Positions 58,976 through 64,000 of a stretch of DNA of 64,000 nucleotides are shown in pieces; the first letter of the stretch is position 1; each line of letters begins with the position of its first letter. The translations under genes were made by a program, and so were the position numbers. The stretch is from Thalia democratica (taxonomy: Eukaryota): NCBI GenBank assembly GCA_965202585.1, contig OZ241834.1, forward strand, positions 25,792,001-25,856,000. Reading direction: 5' to 3'. The notes beneath the pieces are model-generated. The model was not told the DNA's origin. It searched no databases and was given only the letters and a program-made list of their open reading frames with translations.

Positions 58976-59356
58976 ATTAAGAAGCAAGCTGCTTTTGGTG
59001 CTCTTAATAATCTCTGAAATTTACAAATCAAATTTAATTAATTTAAATATCTAAATATCTAAAATATCTAAATTTAATTAAACAACTAGTGAGCCACACC
59101 TAACTCTTAGTATAGCATAATGAGTAATAGATCCAAGCCCCCCAAAAAGGATAGTATGTTCTCTAAAGAGAACATACATCATACTTTAGACAAGGTCAAC
59201 AACCCCGAAACTCGCTGTAGCCAGCGTAACATTGACAGAGGGATCAACAAAAGGGGTGTTGACCCACACTCTTCGCGCCGTAGCCAACCTGGTCCATCAG
59301 ACCAACCACAAGCAACGTGCGAAAGATAGCATCTTTAAATAAAACTTTTAAATAAT

Positions 59357-59386
59357 AAAGCCCTCAAGGTGGGCTCAAAGTGAAAA
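59357..59386 (+). repeat. Short hairpin-bearing repeat, copy 1 (inverted relative to the copy at 60833-60860)
   Basis: aaagccc-tcaaggt-gggctcaaagtgaaa. Confidence 0.7.
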
Positions 59387-60414
59387 ATTTAATTTATTAA
59401 GTTAAATAACTTAATTCTATATATTTATATATATATACCACAGATGTTTTTGTTTCAAAACTTATTTCCGACTAACGGCGTTTCACTGCTCTCAAATAAG
59501 TTTAAGAACAGATCTACGGAGTCTCAAAAAAGCTCTAAGAATAGAAAGCTGTAATATATATACTTATTCTTTTATATTTTATAAAAGATTTACTTAAACA
59601 AATATGTTAAAATATTTTTACTTGAAAAATTCTCTACTTCTTAATATCACCTAAACGATTTTTATCTAAATGTTTCAAACTAGGGGATTTTTTTGTTTGA
59701 CAATGTCAATCTGCAGCACGCGACGCGGTTGGTAGTATTTTTTTTGGTCATCATCAACAAAGTTGAGATGTTTCGCGCTATCAATAATGAATAATGAACT
59801 TCATCCCACGATCAACAGCATCCAGGACAAACTACAAAACAACTATTGTGCAAACTTTGTTTTATTTTTTTAGAAGCTATTTGATTAAAACACATTTTAA
59901 TTACAAAAAGTAATTATTCAACAAAAAAAATAAAAATAAAATAACAGTGAGCTATTTTTTTATTTTACATCTAATTAAAAGAGTGTTACTTTTAGTTAGA
60001 ATACAAACTAGTTTGTAATGATTTGTTTTGCTTAAAATTAGAATTTTACAAGATTGTATGATAAGAATATACAAAACTTGTTACCTTGAAAAACTTAATA
60101 ATTTTTATATAAAAATAATTTAAAGAAAAACACAGTTAATATTACATTAGTTAAGTACATAGCTGACGCAAATAATTTAAAAAAAATTAGTATGTAGTTT
60201 TATAAAAAGTTTTTTTTTCAATGTTGCTTTTAAGCACCTTATTTAAAATTAAAAACTAAAAATATTCTTTTTAAACAACATGTAAATAAAAACCACTGTA
60301 TCATCAAGATCACATCAAGCAAAAACAAAAAAGTTTATAAATTTGAGACGATTTTATAATTGCTAACTTTTTTTTTTCGTTTTAAAAGTTAGTTAGTTCA
60401 AACAGCTTTTTTTA

Positions 60415-60498
60415 TTAATTCTCAGTCAAGTTTCCGCGTGCATTTTGGTCAATTTCGATCGCTGTAAACAACGTTTTAAAGTTTCCTGCTCCGAAACC
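60415..60498 (-). CDS. HPD: 4-hydroxyphenylpyruvate dioxygenase, last coding exon
   Basis: ttttacag|GFGAGNFKTLFTAIEIDQNARGNLTEN-TAA matches the HPD C-terminal motif GFGAGNF...RGNL. Confidence 0.95.
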   Translation of the reverse strand, partial: GFGAGNFKTLFTAIEIDQNARGNLTEN

Positions 60499-60749
60499 CT
60501 GTAAAAATGTAAATTTTATGTTTTAAGCTTTTTCTTGTTAAGTTACGCCTAAAACTGCCATAGTTAAGGATAAAATTTAAGTTTTTAGTCTGCCCTTTTT
60601 TAGAGAAGAATGGTAAAGCTTATGAGAACTTAAATAATGAACTTTTATCTAAAATACCATAAAAAAGCTGTCGCAATTCTAAAAACTAAACACACAGAAT
60701 GAGATTTCGTTTATTAACCCCTTTTTAATTCTGCTGAAAACTACATACT

Positions 60750-60771
60750 TATATATATATATATATATATT

Positions 60772-60804
<33 letters not shown>
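60750..60804. repeat. (TA)n microsatellite, interrupted once
   Basis: Direct reading. Confidence 0.95.
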
Positions 60805-60808
<4 letters not shown>

Positions 60809-60832
60809 AGGTTAATGTTTAAACGTAAACAC

Positions 60833-60860
60833 TTTCAACTGAGCCCACTTGAAGGGCTTT
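60833..60860 (-). repeat. Short hairpin-bearing repeat, copy 2
   Basis: Reverse complement reads aaagccc-ttcaagt-gggctcagttgaaa. Confidence 0.7.
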
Positions 60861-61113
60861 TAAATAATTTATTCAAATGGCGATTTTAAAAATTCTGGAA
60901 CATATGTTTCACAAAACTTTAATTTTTCATAAAGCTTTGATCATCAGCCAGTTAAATTCAAAATACAAAGCACTGTACTAAACAAAGATACAAAAGTTAT
61001 GCAAAAAAACAAAAAACAGTATGACGTAATATTGTACATTACAAATATTCAGTACAAAAATCGATCTACCCTCTAACTAATTAAACAACTAAAATTAACG
61101 AAAATATAATTAC

Positions 61114-61133
61114 TATATATATATATATATATA
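61114..61133. repeat. (TA)n microsatellite in the HPD intron
   Basis: Direct reading. Confidence 0.9.
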
Positions 61134-62880
61134 GTAATATATATTACTAAATTAGATAAATCTAACGAGGAGTAAAGTTAAAATTTAATTTCAGTTTAAA
61201 TAGAAGAGTTATTTCAAAATGTTAATAAGTTTGAAAGCAGACTGTAATTCATAGCTTATTGAAAAACAAAAAAAATCGATGATTTCACCAAAAATATTAT
61301 GTTAGGTATTATGGTTAACACAACCTAACACAGAACTTAATAATATAAACTTGGTATGTCATTTTTAAGTTTTTTATTTGAATTATAATTTAATTTATTA
61401 TATATTGTTTGAACACATGATATAAGTTTATTTTTTCTTTCGTTTTTTTAATCCACTACTATCCTTAATAATCTTGTTAGAAATACTTATTTCTATATAA
61501 TTCTTACTTGTCTTTCTAAAAGTTGTACTATTTTAGTTAGGTTATAAAGTGCAGTTTTTAGAAAGACCAGTAAAAATCAGATTATACAGAACTTTAAAGA
61601 ACAAAATAATTAAAACTATGTGTTCGAAAAATGTTCAACAAAATTAAACAATAGTTTAAAAAACAAATTGAAGAATGACATTTCAAACTTGTAAAATTAA
61701 GTTTTTTTTAAATGAATTTCTTAATTTGATTACAGTTATCATTTATAATTATTCTTAGATACAGTACACTACAAAATACTGTTGGTGATCGTTTTTTAAG
61801 TTAAACTGTTAGTTTTTCATATATTAATAATACTACGATATTTTTAGAATTTAAGTTATTAAAATCTTAAAGTATCGTAAAAGGCTCACTTGCTTGCTGA
61901 TAAAGGTTTTAAAAGAACTATGAGCAAAGACAATTAGTTTAAATATAATCTATGTATATTTTTAAAGTAAAATTATAATGTAATCAACAGTATTTTTTAT
62001 ATATAAATAAGTTTTTAGTTATTTATAGTCTGTTATCAAACTTGTTTACATATTGAAATATATACTTCTTAATCAAGATTATTTTTTAACTTTATTCCTT
62101 GTTAAACATATCTAAACAAATAATACAATACATATTCTCTAAAGTAGTTATTTTTGATCAGAATTACAAATGTTTTAATTAACAAAAGATCTCTTTTTAG
62201 TTTCATATTGCTTATTCAACGAAAAAAAAAGCGCTCAAAAAATTTGGTCCAAGGAATCCTGGTGTACGAAAAAACTTTTCAGTTATGGAGTCATGCACCA
62301 GGATACAGTTTAATGTCATGCCCAGGACATGTTAAGTGTTTTATCTTAAGAGCTGAGATAGCTTATTTTTAATAAATTGTTACTACTATAAATTAACAAT
62401 AACTTTAAAAGATAAAATCAAACAAAGTATAAACTTTTTAAATCAAATAAAAAACGGATTGCTAATCTGTTTTCATTTCTTAAGTACTAATGTTATCACT
62501 ATCAATTAGTATTTCTTGGAATACTATGAACTATATAACTTTTATTTGAAAATTAACTAAAATATTTCTTCAAAAGATAGAAAAACGTTTTACGCTCCTT
62601 TTTTTTGTATGTTTTAGTTTTTGTTTTAAAAATAGTAGTTTGAAACATTTGAAAACGAATATTCATATGTCTAGTTGTATGTACCAATATAAGTTTTGTT
62701 TAGTCAGATAAATTGTAAGATTAAATATAACTTCATTTTAACAAACCTGTAGCTAAAAACGTAAAAGATGATTTTTTTGTACATATGAACTACTCTTTTG
62801 TTTATAAAGGCTTTAGTTGTTAAATTAGCGCTTTTTTTAGTAGATGGTATAACAATTACCTTTATATTTTTTTATATCTA

Positions 62881-63087
<207 letters not shown>

Positions 63088-64000
63088 TTAATAACTACAA
63101 AGTCCCCGAAAATATTGCACAAATTTAGTAGAAAGTACAAAAACTTTTTCATGCAGTTAAAAAAAGTATAAAACATGCAAAGCTTCTTTTTTGTTTTTTA
63201 AGAATGAAACTTTTAATTTATTAGAAATATTACATCCAAGCTGTTAAATTAAACTGAGTAACAAATTTATAATGTACTTTTATAATTTAAAATTATAAAC
63301 TACTTTTCTAGCGCTTTACGTAATTCTGAATAGTCTAAATGCAGATGTAGTTGTAGTGTAAAGTGTAACAAAATTTCAAGTACTGTTTATAACAAATAAT
63401 AGTGAAACATGAAATAAATTAAGAGTTATCAAAGTAGGGATAACGTAATTGCTGTAAAACATAAATATTTGTTGTTTAGAGATGTATTGAAAAATTATTG
63501 ATAGACGATTATTGTTATATTGAACTCATTTATTTAAATAAAACAAAAGTATAGCAACTTATTATAAAACTAATTAGTTCAAAATGCATTAATACAAGAA
63601 CAACCGAATTGTACAGTGCTAAATAATTAGAACATTTTTTTATAAAATATAGTATTACATAATATATTTTTGATATTTTTAATAACTGTAATTTAATAAC
63701 TGGATTTAAAGAAAGGAAAACCATTATATAAAATGGAAATAAATATTTCGACTAGTCATAAAACTTAATGGGAGAATAGCTTAGGCATACTAAAATAAGT
63801 ACAACTTCGTGGCATGATGTTTTTGTTTAATCATAAAAATACTATAATCAGTGTATTTTTACAAAGATTGAAACATAATTTGTTTTCAATCATAATTACT
63901 TAAAACCTGAAGTTGTATAAAATAACACTTTTGTAGTTTAGAAAATAATAAAAATGTTTAAAATTCAATTTCAAAATATATGCTGTAGTAACTATAAGTT

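Noticed and set aside
63234-63334. Possible further HPD exon (DYSELRKALEK-like)
   Set aside because: In-frame stops, and the length does not fit the expected frame

Overview
AT-rich animal (invertebrate-looking) genomic DNA in two parts separated by a 200-N assembly gap (57715-57914). (1) 1-57714 is a tandem array of about eight nearly identical 7275-bp replication-dependent histone repeats. Each carries five intronless genes on the minus strand, in transcriptional order H1-H3-H4-H2A-H2B, all ending in a 16-nt 3' stem-loop, plus a ~4.4-kb spacer. All five proteins differ from canonical animal histones. The four core genes share the 12-mer CTAATTTGCATA (octamer) in their promoters. Much of the spacer is an old ~870-bp tandem multiplication of the H2B 3' flank, with the breakpoint inside the stem-loop. 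One H2A copy is frameshifted. (2) 57915-64000 holds the 3' end of a Penelope-like retroelement followed by a minimal type I hammerhead ribozyme, a 67/68-bp minisatellite, an inverted pair of short hairpin repeats, and the last two coding exons of HPD (4-hydroxyphenylpyruvate dioxygenase) on the minus strand, which the ORF track missed. Adjacency of the two parts across the gap is unproven. All comparisons were made by eye.
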